From positions 2,656,001-2,720,000 of the forward strand of contig OZ250165.1 in assembly GCA_965238005.1 (NCBI GenBank): a stretch of 64,000 nucleotides of DNA, in the 5' to 3' direction. The notes under the pieces were generated by a model. It was not told the origin of the DNA. It did no database searches and saw only the letters and a list, made by a program, of their open reading frames with translations. The position numbers were made by a program, and so were the translations under genes. Position 1 is the first letter of the stretch, and each line of letters begins with the position of its first letter. Positions 10,585 through 22,460 of the stretch are shown here, piece after piece. The DNA comes from Longimicrobiales bacterium (GTDB taxonomy: Bacteria > Gemmatimonadota > Gemmatimonadetes > Longimicrobiales > Gaopeijiaceae).

Positions 10585-11268
10585 GATCGGCCGAAGTAGA
10601 CGGCCCAGACATTGTCGGTGATCGCGAAGTGGGGGATCAGACCCCGCCCACCTGACGAGTAACCAGGAAGGGACTCCCCATGAGAACGGTGCGTAATCGA
10701 GTAGATGGCTGAAGCTCGCCACGGACCGAACGGAGGGGAGGTTGCGATAAATGCCTGAAGCTGGCAACCGCGAGAAGGGCGGAGCTGTCAGGCGATTCGC
10801 CGTTCGCGGATTCGGCGCGTGTGCGAATGGCGCACTGCACCACCGCGACGGAGGAAGCCCATACGGCGGACCGCCTCACGCTGGTCGTCCTCTACAGGAA
10901 CCTCATCTATGCGACGGCTCCAGAAACGGCGTTCCTTTCTGATCCGTCTCTCTCCTCGGCTGCGCTTGTCCGGTCCTCGGCGGTCTTTGATCCGACGCTC
11001 TTGCTGATCTTCCATCCATCTTGCTGGTTCCATCCATCTCGTTCCTGTTTTTTGGGGAGACGACAAACCCATGGCCGTGGTCAGGCCACGAAACCGTTCC
11101 TGCTGCTACCTAGCGTTTGGTCAGGATTCAATCTACGCGCCGACTCAGGCCGATGCCACGAGCCGGCAACCGCCAGAAGAGCAGCGGATTCGCTTGCCCC
11201 TAGTCCGGAGCGGGCGGTAGAATCAACACCAGTTAGAACGCAGGGAACCGCCAACCGCCCTCGGCCAA

Positions 11269-11703
11269 GTGAGACTTACCGTTGAAGAACACCGGGAGGC
11301 GATCAAGAGGTACGGCCACATCGAGCCGGCTCGCGGTTGGAAAACCATATTGTGCTCCTTGAGGTGCCCCGGCACTGCGCGCACCTGCTCGCGAATGAAG
11401 GGCCACGGGGGACCCCATGTCGCTCACGGCTTGCTCAAGAAGGTCGTAGCTGTATGGGATTCGGGCACTGGGGCTCAAGCGTCCGGGGAGGCGGTGAGAC
11501 ACGCTTCAGAAGCCAGGGCACGAAGCGGTCTCCGGCGTAGGAGACTAGCCGGTCTCCGGACTAAGAGACCAGTCGGGATCCTCGAGGCTCTCTGGGGCCG
11601 TGTCGTCCGCATTATGTCTTCCGTGGAGGAGATCGCCCTCCTCATCCTGTTCCTTGCATTTATAGGGTTCGCCATCCATTGGCTTCTACCGATTTCGGGA
11701 TAG
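11269..11703 (+). CDS. Hypothetical protein with C-terminal TM helix
   Basis: 144-aa ORF, Cys/His cluster CSRMKGHGGPHVAH, hydrophobic tail. Confidence 0.5.
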   Translation: MRLTVEEHREAIKRYGHIEPARGWKTILCSLRCPGTARTCSRMKGHGGPHVAHGLLKKVVAVWDSGTGAQASGEAVRHASEARARSGLRRRRLAGLRTKRPVGILEALWGRVVRIMSSVEEIALLILFLAFIGFAIHWLLPISG

Positions 11704-12057
11704 GCTGAACTCACTGTCCGGCGATCTGTCCGCCTCGCCCGGGGACGGAGCAGATCCACCGGCGGGTGGAGGAGCTGGATGAAGCGCTGATGGGTGAAGC
11801 CCCCAACCGCGAGAAGGACCCGCGGCCGATCCTCAGCTTCGTTCAGCTCCACGGGACGGGGACCGAGCAGATACATCGGCGGGTGGAGTCGCTGGACGAG
11901 ATCATGGAGAGGCTGGTAAATCATGGGTGAAGAAAGCCCGGGACCGCAGTCTTAGGCGCCCGAGGTCCCGCCTTGACCACCTGGTCGATCCGGGTGCACT
12001 ATACCCCCCTCGCCGCCGAAAATGACGCGGCGCGCCCCAATCCCCCGGGAGTCTCAG

Positions 12058-12594
12058 ATGCGCCACTTCGCCTTGAATATGTCGCTCATGGTCGCGCTCG
12101 TTCCCGTAGCCGCCTGCGCCCAGGACATGAGTCCGGAGGAGATGATCCGCAGCGCCGTGTCAGCTGGCCCCGCCTCCATCTCGGATGAGGCGGCCGTGTT
12201 GGACTGGAACATGAACGAGGTCCGCGCGGGCACCAACGGATGGACCTGCCTGCCCGACCGTCCGGATACGGAGGGCAATGATCCGTGGTGCGTGAACGAG
12301 CCCTGGCTCAACTTCCTCAGCGCGTATGTGAGTCAGACCGAGCCCACCTACTCCGAGATCGGGATGGCCTACATGCTGGTCGGCGATACCCCGGTCAGCA
12401 ACAGTGACCCGTACGCGACGGAACCCACCACGGAGGATGACTGGGTGACCGATCTCGGTGCGCATATGATGATGCTGATTCCGGGGCGATCCTACCTGGA
12501 GGGCATCTCGACCGATCATCGCAACGGCGGCCCGTGGGTGATGTGGCCCGACACCCCGTACGCGCATTTGATGATCCCGGTGGCCTCCCGGTAA
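12058..12594 (+). CDS. Exported hypothetical protein
   Basis: Signal peptide; GTNGWTCLPD, GMAYML, GGPWVMWPDTPYAHLMIP. Confidence 0.75.
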   Translation: MRHFALNMSLMVALVPVAACAQDMSPEEMIRSAVSAGPASISDEAAVLDWNMNEVRAGTNGWTCLPDRPDTEGNDPWCVNEPWLNFLSAYVSQTEPTYSEIGMAYMLVGDTPVSNSDPYATEPTTEDDWVTDLGAHMMMLIPGRSYLEGISTDHRNGGPWVMWPDTPYAHLMIPVASR

Positions 12595-13148
12595 CCCCTT
12601 TTTCCGAATCACTGGCCGGTGACCCGCTGCTTCCGGCCAGTAGCGTTCACTCACCCTGGGCCCCGCGACTTTCGTCGGCGACGCCAGCCTCGGCCGGACC
12701 GAGGTATACGCGCGGCCGTTCCGAGTGTGGGCAGGGCCACGATCGAGGGCGGCAAGCACTGAGGGACGACCAGGACGAGACTCGGTTGGTGGTCCGTGGG
12801 GTGACGACATCCGCGCGGTCAAGACCGAGGCTTTCCTCCACTATGACCAAGTAGTTGCCGTGGATGAGCATGGTGACGCATACCACCCTGGGCCTCACCT
12901 GATCGTCGATTTCGAGGGTCGAGATGACCCATTCAAGCGCGGTCGTAGGTCCCTACTTCTTCCGGGGGGCACGCGAGAGGCAGTAGACCTCTATGAGCCG
13001 CATTCGTTCTTCCCAAAGGTTCTTCCCGAAGTAAGCCAGGAAGAGCTCAATGCGGCGGTGGAAGAGCAGTCAAAGAGAGGGCAAGAGTAGGACTCTGCCA
13101 GTCGCCGCGAACTCAGACGGAAGACGGGTACCATCCGGGAGAATCAAA

Positions 13149-13983
13149 CTAGACCGCATCCTCCATGTCGGTCGTGGCGATGGGTTCCTCTTTGGCCATC
13201 GTTTCTCCTACCTTCCTGCGCTCTTCCACCACATCGTCCCTGAATAGAAGGTCCATCAACCGCCAATAGGGAGTCACAGCCACGATGCCAGCGTGCTCCA
13301 CACCCTTACCCTTACCCGTGATCCTCCGTAGGTGACCCCAATCCACCCCGAGTATCTTCTGGCCCCCACCGATCACGTTGTCCTTATGGGTCATCACAGG
13401 CGACCCGCTGGGTCCAGAACGCGACCGCATCTCTACAAGGATCGTTTCGCTAAACGCGTCCATGTCTTCGTTCCACACGGGGTCCTTCGGGATCATCGAT
13501 ATATTCCCGAACCGGACGGTCGGCGTATTAGACTCTTTCCCTGGGTGCCCGAACAACCGACCGAACATGAAGACCGGATCTCCGATTCCGTAGTGGCCGT
13601 CCTGCCATGTCTCATCGATCCCCCCCAGATGTAGCGATTGCAGTTTGAGGGTCCTAAACGGAAGCCGGAGTACGCAAAAAGCCAGGTCATCTTGAAGCCC
13701 CTCGCCGTACGGAAGCGGGTAATGCCACGGGTGGATGTCACCGAGGGAGAAGGCCCGGAATCCGCCGTCCACGTGGTTGATCCTCGCCGTACTTGATCCC
13801 CCATCGACCACATGCTTCGCCGTCACCGCGTAGGCGACTTGATCCATACCGTCTCTGCCCTCAATGGGCACGGCCAGAGCGAAAGCCGTCTCTCCGCCGT
13901 GGCGTGAATCCGTCTCAGCCGCCTCCTCTGACTTGTAGAGATAGAAACAGCATTCAAGGATTTCTGGGTCAATCGACGGCACG
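13149..13983 (-). CDS. Trypsin-like serine protease
   Basis: Catalytic triad contexts TAKH, DDLAF, GPSGSPV; start approximate. Confidence 0.7.
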
Positions 13984-14429
13984 CTTCGCCTCCACACCCA
14001 CGACAGTGTCCCGCATTCAGTAATGCTCGCAAGGCGATAGTATGGGTGGCGCCGGCCAGCGCCAACAAGGGGAGAATCATTCCCACTCGGTGGCGCCAAA
14101 CCCGACCCACCTGAGAGCGGTGCCGGGTGGCGCCAACCCGTTTAGCGTCCATTACAGCAACCGACACCTAGTGCCTCCCACTCCGGGCCGTCATTTTGCT
14201 ACATGCGCCGTGTGTTCTGGTTATTCGTGATTCTGGTCGGGTACTACTTGTTCGTTAGCTGATCCGCCCGTGCATTTGTCCCCCGGGGTCGGGTCCGTCT
14301 TCACTGCCCGTGAGACCCTGGCCTCCACCTCATCGGCGGTCAGACTCCCGTGCTCATCGAGATCCCTTGCTACATCCATCGTGGCGTGGAAGAGGCGCTC
14401 GGGCTCGATGAGCGCCAGGCTAAGCACTT

Positions 14430-14833
14430 CCCCCACGGAGGCATTCGGTGGAGGGCCGAAACGGACAAAACTGGACGCTATACCGTGACGCCGATCCGAC
14501 TGGACGTTCGCGAGGCGATGGATGCCTACCTGCGGCAAAATCCGACGGGTGGGGGACGTGCCGCTGTTCCCAGCCCCGAAGGATGACAGCAAGGCCATCC
14601 GCCGAGACCTTGCCGCCCGGTGGCTCCTCAAGGCCGAGCAACTCGCCGAACTCCCCGAGTTGGCTGGCGGGCAGTTCCACCCGTATCGCCGGCTGTGGGC
14701 TACTGAACGGAAGAATCTACCAGTTCAGGACGTGGCGGCTGCCGGTGGATGGAAAAGCATGGAGACGGTGCAGCGGCTCTACCAGCAGGCGGACGGGGCA
14801 ACCACACTGGCGGCGGTGGAGGCCGGAGAGTGA
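14430..14833 (+). pseudogene. Tyrosine recombinase/integrase C-terminal remnant
   Basis: WRAETDK in one frame, then after a frameshift near 14550 PLFP, FHPYRR, GGW, RLYQ; ends ~120 bp from the att core. Confidence 0.8.
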
Positions 14834-14951
14834 CGCAGGACCTCCTTTTCTTGTGTCCCCGTGGGATGCAAACGGGATGCAATTGAGAAAAGAGGCGGAA
14901 AACGGAACAGCACGAAAAGCTCCATAAGCCGCCTGTTTACTAGGTTCCTGG

Positions 14952-14998
14952 CAAGTGGGCGGTGGCAGATTCGAACTGCCGACCTCCTGGGTGTAAAG
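14952..14998 (-). repeat. tRNA-Val(TAC) 3'-half fragment (att core), copy 2
   Basis: 47-bp perfect direct repeat of 2806-2852; no 5' half. Confidence 0.9.
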
Positions 14999-15135
14999 CC
15001 GGATGGATGAACCACGGTTTTCGCAATTCTCAAGGGGGAATAAGGGAATCGTTCACTATTCCCGAGTACGATTTTCGGACCATACACGGGGTTAGAGTAC
15101 GCTAACGTGCACACCAACGTGCACACTTTTCAGAT

Positions 15136-15159
15136 GGGGAGGGGCTTCGGCCTCTCCCC
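15136..15159. terminator. GC hairpin GGGGAGGGGC-TTCG-GCCTCTCCCC
   Basis: 10-bp stem (one G-T pair), TTCG loop, downstream of czcA; similar hairpin at 22987-23008. Confidence 0.55.
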
Positions 15160-15284
15160 TTCGCATTTGGCCGGGCTCGAATTCCGGACTGGTCGGCAAT
15201 CGTAGCGCGAAGACCATCGGTGACGTGACGTTGGAGCAGACCGTGGCGGTGGAAGTAACGGAGCACGCGGTGTCGTCTGAAAGC

Positions 15285-18200
15285 TCAGATCTCTTGTGCT
15301 CTAGGTTCGAAGCCGCGCTCACCACCCCCCTCTTTCACCCCTCCATACCGGAGGAATAGCACGGGCACCACCACCATGTTCAGGGCCAGTGACGTGAGGA
15401 GTCCGCCCAGCACCACAACCGCCATCGGACTCTGGATCTCGTTTCCTGGCTCCCCTCCGGACAGCGCCAGAGGCAGGAGGGCCAGTCCTGCGCAGAGGGC
15501 CGTCATCATGATCGGGCTCAAGCGTTCCATGGAGCCCTGGACCACGGCCTGGCGAAGCGGCACACGCTCCTTGAGGAGGTGGTTGTAGTGGCTCACCATA
15601 AGAATCCCATTCCGGATGGCGATTCCAAAGAGGGTGATGAAGCCTACCAGCGTCGCGACATTGAGCACGCCGCCGGTGAGCCACACGGCGAGTATCCCCC
15701 CCACCAGGGCCAATGGCAGATTCACCATGACGAGGAGAGCCTGCCGTATGGAGGCGAACTCGACGAAGAGGAGCAGGAAGATGGCAGCCAGGGAGAGCAG
15801 GCTCATGAGCCCAATGGTGCGGGTGGCGTCACCCGCGGCTTCGAACTGACCACCGTACTCGATATAGTAGCCCGAGGGCAGATCGACCTCCGCCTCCACT
15901 CGCTCCCGAATGTCCTCCACCACGCTCCCCACGTCCCGGCCCGCAACGTTCGACTGGACCACAATCTTCCGCTGAACGTTCTCACGGGAGATGGCGTTGG
16001 GGCCCATGTCAAAACGAACGTCGGCCAGCGTCGTCAATGTGACGAACGAGCCAACAGGTGTGTTGAGCCGCGCGTCGCGCACGGCCTCGAGGCTCCCTCT
16101 GTACTCCGGGGCGAAGCGGACCACGAGATCGAACGCCCGCCGCTCCTCTAAGACCTGAGAGACCGCCTCTCCGGCAAACGCAACGTCAACCGCCTCGGCC
16201 AGGTGCTCGGGCGTAACGCCGAAGCGCGCCATGGCAAGTCGCTTCATCTCCACACGGATCTGGGGGACGTCTGCCTGTTGCTCCATGGCGACGTCCACCG
16301 TGCCCTCGACTCCCTCAGCCACGGACTCGATCTGCCTTGCCAGCCGTCGAAGCTCATACAGGTCGGGGCCAAAGATCTTCACGGCGATGCTGGCCCGCGT
16401 CCCCGACAGCATGTGGTCAATCCGGTGGCCGATGGGCTGGCCGATCGTGATCTGGGTTCCTGGTACGGCAGCCAGGCCTGCGCGGAGCTCTTCCAGGATC
16501 GCGTCGTATTCATAGTCGGCCAGGTCGAGGCGCGCGTCGATCTCGGCGGCGTTGACCCCCTGCGCGTGCTCGTTGAGTTCGGCTCTGCCCGTTCGGCGAG
16601 CCGTCTCCACCACTGCGGGATGGGCAAGGAGGATCCGCTCGATCCTCCGGCCGAAGGCGTCGGATTCGTCAAGAGATGTGCCCGGGATTGTGAGGGCGCT
16701 GATCACAAGCGAGCGCTCCTGGAATTCCGGTAGAAAGGAGCGACCCAGGAACGGAACGACCGCCAATGACGCCACCGCGAGCGCAGCGGCACCCGTCATT
16801 ACTAGCCCTGGATGTCGGAGGACAGGATCTAGCGTCGCCGCGTAGGCTCGCTTCAGCGTTTGCACGGTCCAGGTCTCCTCCTCCTTCTCGACGGCCTTCG
16901 AGCGCGTCAAGAGATAAGCGGAGAGAGCCGGCGTCACGGTGAGCGCCACCACCAGAGACGCGAGGATCGAGACCATGTAGGCCAGTCCAAGGGGCCGCAG
17001 CATGCGACCCTCGATCCCCGAAAGGAAGAGGATCGGCACGAACACCACGATGATAATCAGCGTGGCGATGACGATGCTGGTCAGGATCTCCTTCGACGCT
17101 TCGAAAACCACGGTGTTGACCGGTCTGCGCCCCTCTTGAGGCATGTGGTGGTTTTCTCTCAGGCGCCGGAAGACATTCTCGACCACGATGACCGCATCGT
17201 CCACGAGTGCCCCGATGGCGATGGCCATACCGCCCAGGGTCATGGTGTTGATGGTGATATCCAGCATCTTCAGCGCAAACACCGTGGTGATCAGCGAGAG
17301 TGGGATGGCCACCACCGAGATGAACGTGGTTCGGAAGCTCCAGAGGAACAGGAAGAGGATGAGGATAACCAGGATCGATCCGTCACGGAGCGCCTCCATG
17401 ACGTTATCCACCGCTGTCTCTATGAAGCTGGCCTGCCGGAAAATGCCGCGGTTGATCTCCATTCCGGGCGGGAGGCTCTGCTCGATGTCGGCCAGCTCCT
17501 GATCGATTCTCTCCGTGAGCTCCAGCGTGTTCGTGTTGGGTTGCTTTTGAATCGTGAGGATGACGGCCCGGCTGGCGTTGGCGGATCCGTCACCCAGGCG
17601 GGTGGCAGGCCCAATCCTCACCTCAGCCACGTCGCCAACGGTGACGGGCGTGCCCTCCCGTACGGCTAGCACGGTCTGCGCGATGTCGTCGAGGTGCTGA
17701 ACACGCCCGGTCGCACGGATGAGGTATTCCTGTCCCCGGTCCATGAACACGCCACCGGATGCGTTCACATTGGACCCCTCAGCCGCCCGCAGTACGTCTT
17801 CGAGCGTCACATCGAAGGCCTCCAGCCGGACAGGGTCGACCAGAACCTGGTACTGCTTCACCTCGCCCCCCAGGGGGACTACCTGCGCCACTCCCGGAAC
17901 CGCCAGAAGACGTCGGCGGATCGTCCAGTCGGCCACGGAACGCATGTCCATAGGGGATACGGACGCGTCCCCTGTCACCGCGATGAGCATGATCTCGCCC
18001 ATGATGGACGAGATCGGGGCCAGTGTGGGGTTTCCCACCCCGCCTGGGAGCCCCGATGCGACAAGCTGAAGCTTTTCGTTCACGATCTGACGGGCCCGGA
18101 AAATGTCGGTACCCCAGTCGAATTCCACCCAGACAATGCTGATCCCCTGTGAAGTGGCGGAGCGGACCCGGCGCACTCCGGTAGCGCCGTTCACCGCCGT

Positions 18201-18410
18201 CTCGACCGGGAAGGTGACGAGGGTCTCCACCTCCTCGGGCGCCATCCCGTGGGCTTCCGTCAGAACCGTTACCGTGGGGGCCGTAAGATCCGGGAAAACG
18301 TCCACCGGCATACGGATAGCAATAATGGTTCCGGCCACCAGAAGGAGGCCGGCCGCGACCAACACCAGGAAGCGATTGTCGATGGACCAACCGATCATAC
18401 GGTCTAGCAT
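15285..18410 (-). CDS. czcA: CusA/CzcA-family heavy-metal RND permease
   Basis: 1041 aa; DVFPDL, GMAPEEVE, GALVDDAVIVVEN, RLSPIMMTA. Confidence 0.93.
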   Translation of the reverse strand: MLDRMIGWSIDNRFLVLVAAGLLLVAGTIIAIRMPVDVFPDLTAPTVTVLTEAHGMAPEEVETLVTFPVETAVNGATGVRRVRSATSQGISIVWVEFDWGTDIFRARQIVNEKLQLVASGLPGGVGNPTLAPISSIMGEIMLIAVTGDASVSPMDMRSVADWTIRRRLLAVPGVAQVVPLGGEVKQYQVLVDPVRLEAFDVTLEDVLRAAEGSNVNASGGVFMDRGQEYLIRATGRVQHLDDIAQTVLAVREGTPVTVGDVAEVRIGPATRLGDGSANASRAVILTIQKQPNTNTLELTERIDQELADIEQSLPPGMEINRGIFRQASFIETAVDNVMEALRDGSILVILILFLFLWSFRTTFISVVAIPLSLITTVFALKMLDITINTMTLGGMAIAIGALVDDAVIVVENVFRRLRENHHMPQEGRRPVNTVVFEASKEILTSIVIATLIIIVVFVPILFLSGIEGRMLRPLGLAYMVSILASLVVALTVTPALSAYLLTRSKAVEKEEETWTVQTLKRAYAATLDPVLRHPGLVMTGAAALAVASLAVVPFLGRSFLPEFQERSLVISALTIPGTSLDESDAFGRRIERILLAHPAVVETARRTGRAELNEHAQGVNAAEIDARLDLADYEYDAILEELRAGLAAVPGTQITIGQPIGHRIDHMLSGTRASIAVKIFGPDLYELRRLARQIESVAEGVEGTVDVAMEQQADVPQIRVEMKRLAMARFGVTPEHLAEAVDVAFAGEAVSQVLEERRAFDLVVRFAPEYRGSLEAVRDARLNTPVGSFVTLTTLADVRFDMGPNAISRENVQRKIVVQSNVAGRDVGSVVEDIRERVEAEVDLPSGYYIEYGGQFEAAGDATRTIGLMSLLSLAAIFLLLFVEFASIRQALLVMVNLPLALVGGILAVWLTGGVLNVATLVGFITLFGIAIRNGILMVSHYNHLLKERVPLRQAVVQGSMERLSPIMMTALCAGLALLPLALSGGEPGNEIQSPMAVVVLGGLLTSLALNMVVVPVLFLRYGGVKEGGGERGFEPRAQEI

Positions 18411-18422
18411 CGTCGTCCCCCC

Positions 18423-19913
18423 TTAGTGGGCGTGGCCGCCGGCGAAGTCACCGCCAGACAGTGAAGCGAGCCGGACCTGATAGGCGCCTACGGTCACAAC
18501 CATCTCCCCGAGGCTGAGCCCTGCTAGCACTTGCGTTCGAATGCCGTCGCGTTCGCCGAGCGTGAGGCTCCGGCGTGCGAAGGTCTCGCCGCCAGTCTGC
18601 ACGTATGCCACCGGGGTCCCATTGTCATCCAGGATGACCTCGTTCGGAACGGCGATGCCCCTCACCGTGCCGCCGATCGGGACGGTCGCCCGGGCCAGCT
18701 GGCCGAAGGTGAAGAGCCCCCCAGCCTCTTCCACCTCGAACACCACGGGTACGGTCCGCGTCTGACGGTTCATGACCGCTCCCACCGACAGGAGTCGGGA
18801 CGTGTGGAAGACGTCGTCTGAGTCCTCCGTTGTGAAGGTGGCTCCGGTAGCGTTGGCGACTTTCGTTGCCGTCGTGGCAGACATCTGGACCCGGAGCCAC
18901 GCCGTTGCGGGATTCACGATCGTAAAGAGCGGCTCCCCAGCCTCTACACGCCCCCCAGGCAGGAAGCTTCGATTGGCTATCACCCCAGAGATGGGGGCCC
19001 GGAGACTCAGTCGGTAGACGCCATCCGTAACCCCACCTATGGCGTCCAGTTCGGCCCGAGCGATCTCCAAGTCGTGACGGGACTCCTCAAGGCGCTTGCC
19101 GGCGATGGCCCCGGCCGCGAAAAGCCGTTCGCTCCGCTCCACCTCGCGTTGCAGCCGTTCTACTTGCCCGCGCGACTGGGCAAACCCGCCGCCCTGAGCG
19201 GTGGGAGCGAGGACGACGAGAATCTGTCCCTCACGAACCCTCTCACCCACCGATGGCGCGTCACGGTTCTCATCGGCAGGTGCGATCCCGTCCACTAGCG
19301 CGCTCACCCCGACGAGCGCACCATCGGGCGGGACGATCTCAGCGGGACCCGTGACGGTCCGCTGGACCTCGTGCTCATCCAGCGGGTGAACTGCAAAGGG
19401 GATCACCCACTGCTGTTCCTTCAAGAAGGAGATCCCACCCTCGTCCTCCACCGCCTCGGCCATGAGGGCCTCCTCGACACTGGAGTAGACGCGGACCTGC
19501 GCGAGGATATGCTGGCTGTTCACCTGCGGGCTGGTGAGCACCAGCTCCACGCGGTAGAGACCGGGCTGCCGCACTACCGGATCCACGAGGAAGATCCCGT
19601 CCCGAGTCGGGGCATCCACTTGGAACGTCTCGGCCGTGGCCTGGTCATTTACGAAGTTGACCGTCAGAGTCCCTGAGCGAATGGGCTTGAAGTCCTCCAT
19701 ATCGGTGAGGTGGATAGCCCAATTGCCCGTCTGTTCCCCGGCAACCACGTGGGGATACTCGAGGAAGAGCTCAGTGGAGTCATTCCACTGAGTCACCACG
19801 ACCGCACCGATCTCTGGCTCGAGCTCGCCCTCCGCGTCGCCGCATGCGCTAGCCAGCAGGATCGTCGCGGCCATCAGCGTCTTGAACTCGGCTTGAACTC
19901 TCTTGGCGATCAT
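18423..19913 (-). CDS. RND periplasmic adaptor (CzcB-like) lipoprotein
   Basis: LRAPISG, TRTVPV, C-terminal GHAH; position in operon. Confidence 0.88.
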   Translation of the reverse strand: MIAKRVQAEFKTLMAATILLASACGDAEGELEPEIGAVVVTQWNDSTELFLEYPHVVAGEQTGNWAIHLTDMEDFKPIRSGTLTVNFVNDQATAETFQVDAPTRDGIFLVDPVVRQPGLYRVELVLTSPQVNSQHILAQVRVYSSVEEALMAEAVEDEGGISFLKEQQWVIPFAVHPLDEHEVQRTVTGPAEIVPPDGALVGVSALVDGIAPADENRDAPSVGERVREGQILVVLAPTAQGGGFAQSRGQVERLQREVERSERLFAAGAIAGKRLEESRHDLEIARAELDAIGGVTDGVYRLSLRAPISGVIANRSFLPGGRVEAGEPLFTIVNPATAWLRVQMSATTATKVANATGATFTTEDSDDVFHTSRLLSVGAVMNRQTRTVPVVFEVEEAGGLFTFGQLARATVPIGGTVRGIAVPNEVILDDNGTPVAYVQTGGETFARRSLTLGERDGIRTQVLAGLSLGEMVVTVGAYQVRLASLSGGDFAGGHAH

Positions 19914-21197
19914 CGTCCGTTCTCCATCGAAGTCGTCCCTGGTCCAGCGGGAGTGTCGAAGCCGCCCACCGCCCGTTCGAGGTCATAGTAGGCAGTCCAC
20001 AGGTCGGCTTTGAGCCGTGCCTGGGCCGTGTGCGCGTCCCAAAGCGCCTCGGCGGCGTCCAGGAGCTGCACCAGATCCATCTCCCCGGCGTCGTATGCCA
20101 CTTGGGCGATCTGAAGGAGATCCGGGTCCTCATCCAAGAGGTTCTCCCCCAGGAGCTCGCTACGGCCACGGAGGCTCCGATAAGACTCGATCGCCCCGCG
20201 CACATCGTTCTCCACTTGCCGCGAAGTCAGTGCAAGACGCTCCTCGGCAAACCGGACCTGTGCTTCGGTGGCCTCTACGGCTCCAGCACTCCGGTCGAAC
20301 AAGGAGAGGGGGATGGACAGGCCCAGGAAGAGGCCACGGAAACCGTCGGATTGCCGTTTGGAACCGCCGGTGGCTGTGATGTCGGGAATGCGTTCTGCTC
20401 GAGCGAGGCGGACCCCCGCCCGAGCGGCCTCCACCTCCGCACGCGCTGCCGCGACCTCCTGTCGCCGAGAAATCGCACCCTCCAAGACGCGGTCCAGAGT
20501 CGGCTCGGGGGGTGAGACGCCGAGTGGGTCGCTGGGGGGCACCTCCGCAGCCTCTGCCTCGGGAAGAACCAGGAGGGCCAGGGCTCTTCGAGAGGCCGAA
20601 ACGGCCAATCGGGCGTCGGCGAGCCGGCTCTCGTAGCGTGTGCGTTCCACGATGAGGCGCCGGAGCTCGTAGAGGGAGATGTCCCCCTCCGATTCTCGCA
20701 CCGCCGCACTCCGAGCACCCTGCCGGAAGACTTCGGCGACTCGCTCCGTTACAGCCAGGCGGTCCTCTGCCATGGCCGCCTCCACAAAGGCTTGTTTCAC
20801 CGAAAAACCGAGGCGTGCACTGTCGGCCCGCATGCGTGCCTCGGCGGCCCCTAGAACCCCGTTCGCTGCCGCAGCCCGGGCGCTGCGCTCGCCCGGCAGT
20901 TCGAAGCGTTGGCTGACGGTGACATACGTCTCAGAGTAGTCTTGGCCATCCCGGGAAAGCGGCTCATGTGTGACGGATGCCGTTGGGTTTGGGAAGGCAT
21001 TCGCCTGCCGTGCGAGGCCCGCCGCCTCCGCTCGTCGGGAGCGTGCGAGGCGGAGCTCCAGGTTGTTCGCGGCGAAAAGCCGAAGGGCTTCCTCTAGACT
21101 TACTCGCCTCGTGGGTTCTTGGGCCGCTGCGGTGGTGGTCAAGAAACCGAGGGTGGCCACCAGCAAGAGGATCTTGGTCGTATGGTTCACGAGCATG
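19910..21197 (-). CDS. TolC-family outer-membrane channel (CzcC-like)
   Basis: SLEEAL, FPNP, AYDAGEMDLVQLLDA; 4-bp overlap with the adaptor gene; start set at ATG 21197. Confidence 0.88.
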
Positions 21198-21311
21198 ACT
21201 CCGGGTTTCGTATGCCGATTCGGCACCGCTGCAGTGGGATGGGCGCCGAAGCGTCTGTGTTCTAGGGAACTACGGCTTGGGGTCCGGGCGCCGGAGGGCG
21301 CTCGGTATTTA

Positions 21312-22125
21312 GGGCCTGTTAACACTATCTGAGGGCTTCGACGATGAGCGCGAAGTGAATGAAGGCCGTAAACATCACGTCGAGCTTATCGAAGCGGGAG
21401 AAGATTCTCCTAAAACCTTTGAGTCGCCGAAACAACCGCTCTATTTCGTTGCGGCGGCGATACATGACTCGGTCGTATTGCCACGGGCTAACACGCTTCT
21501 GTTTGGGTGGCACGACGGGGGTAAACCCCAGCTCCAACACCAATTGCCGTGTTTCCTGCCCCTCGTACGCCCGGTCCATGATCATGCACACCGTGGGGTG
21601 TACCGGCCTCAACGTACGTAGCAGTTCCCGTCCTTCCGGCGCGTCGTGCTTGTGGCCTGGCGATAGCGAGAAGGTTATCGCGGTTCGAGCATCTGCGGCA
21701 ACCATATGAATTTTGGTGGTCCAGCCTCCACGCGACTTACCGATGGCCTGCGGGCCGTTTTTTTTAGCGCGCCCGTGCCATCAGGATGCACCTTGACGAT
21801 GGTACTGTCGATCGACAGCGCTTCGATCTTGATCCGGATGATTTGCTGGTCTTGCAAGGCCGCAAAGACACGATCCAGCACACCTGCCCTGGCCCAGCGA
21901 TTCATTCGGGTGTAGATCGTATGCCAGTTACCGAAGCGCGGAGGCAACCCGCGCCATTTGCAGCCGTGTTCGGCCACATACAGGATCGCGTTAAGCACTT
22001 CGAGATTGGAGAGGCTCACATTGCCGCGCTGACGCGGAAAGCAAGCCTCTATCTGACGATATTGGGACTCTGTGATTTTCATAGCCCCAATATACTACAA
22101 ATTGCTCCGTAGTGTTAACAGGCCC
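21312..22125 (-). mobile_element. Complete IS5-family (IS427-like) element with orfA/orfB joined by a probable -1 frameshift
   Basis: Perfect IR GGGCCTGTTAACACTA, TA duplication; orfA 21675-22082 (GCKWRGLP, IDST), orfB (MDRAY, ERLFRRLK); A8 run at ALKK. Confidence 0.92.
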
Positions 22126-22460
22126 TAGATGGAGAGGGGGGGTGCGCGTGGGGAGGTGGAAGGGGGAGCGCGCTCGTGTGGAAGGTCGCCTTGGGGGGGC
22201 GGGTCCGCGGCCGCGACCAACACCGGACGATCGGCGATCCTCGTCGTTCCGGCGGGCATGGCATGTTGAACAGCGACCGTGGGGATTTGGTCCGTCTGCT
22301 CCGTCAGTATGACCCCGTGCCCGTGGTGGTCGGGGACGACAAGTTCGATGACGTCATCTCCAGGCACCCCGTGACTGTGGGACGGAAGGCCAGTACCCAG
22401 TGCTCCGAGGATTAGGAGCAGGATGCAGGACAACAACCTGAAGGATGATGATCGTCGCAT
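22125..22460 (-). CDS. His-rich small exported protein (CzcI-like position)
   Basis: Signal peptide, HSH and HHGH, C-terminal PRAPP; first gene of the efflux operon. Confidence 0.65.
   Translation of the reverse strand: MRRSSSFRLLSCILLLILGALGTGLPSHSHGVPGDDVIELVVPDHHGHGVILTEQTDQIPTVAVQHAMPAGTTRIADRPVLVAAADPPPQGDLPHERAPPSTSPRAPPLSI

Noticed and set aside
10788..11072. Arg-rich ORF with ERR/DRR motifs
   Set aside because: Possibly a real small protein, but there is no independent support for a call.
14045..14134. Three GGTGGCGCC repeats upstream of the protease
   Set aside because: Short, GC-rich and irregularly spaced; chance cannot be excluded.
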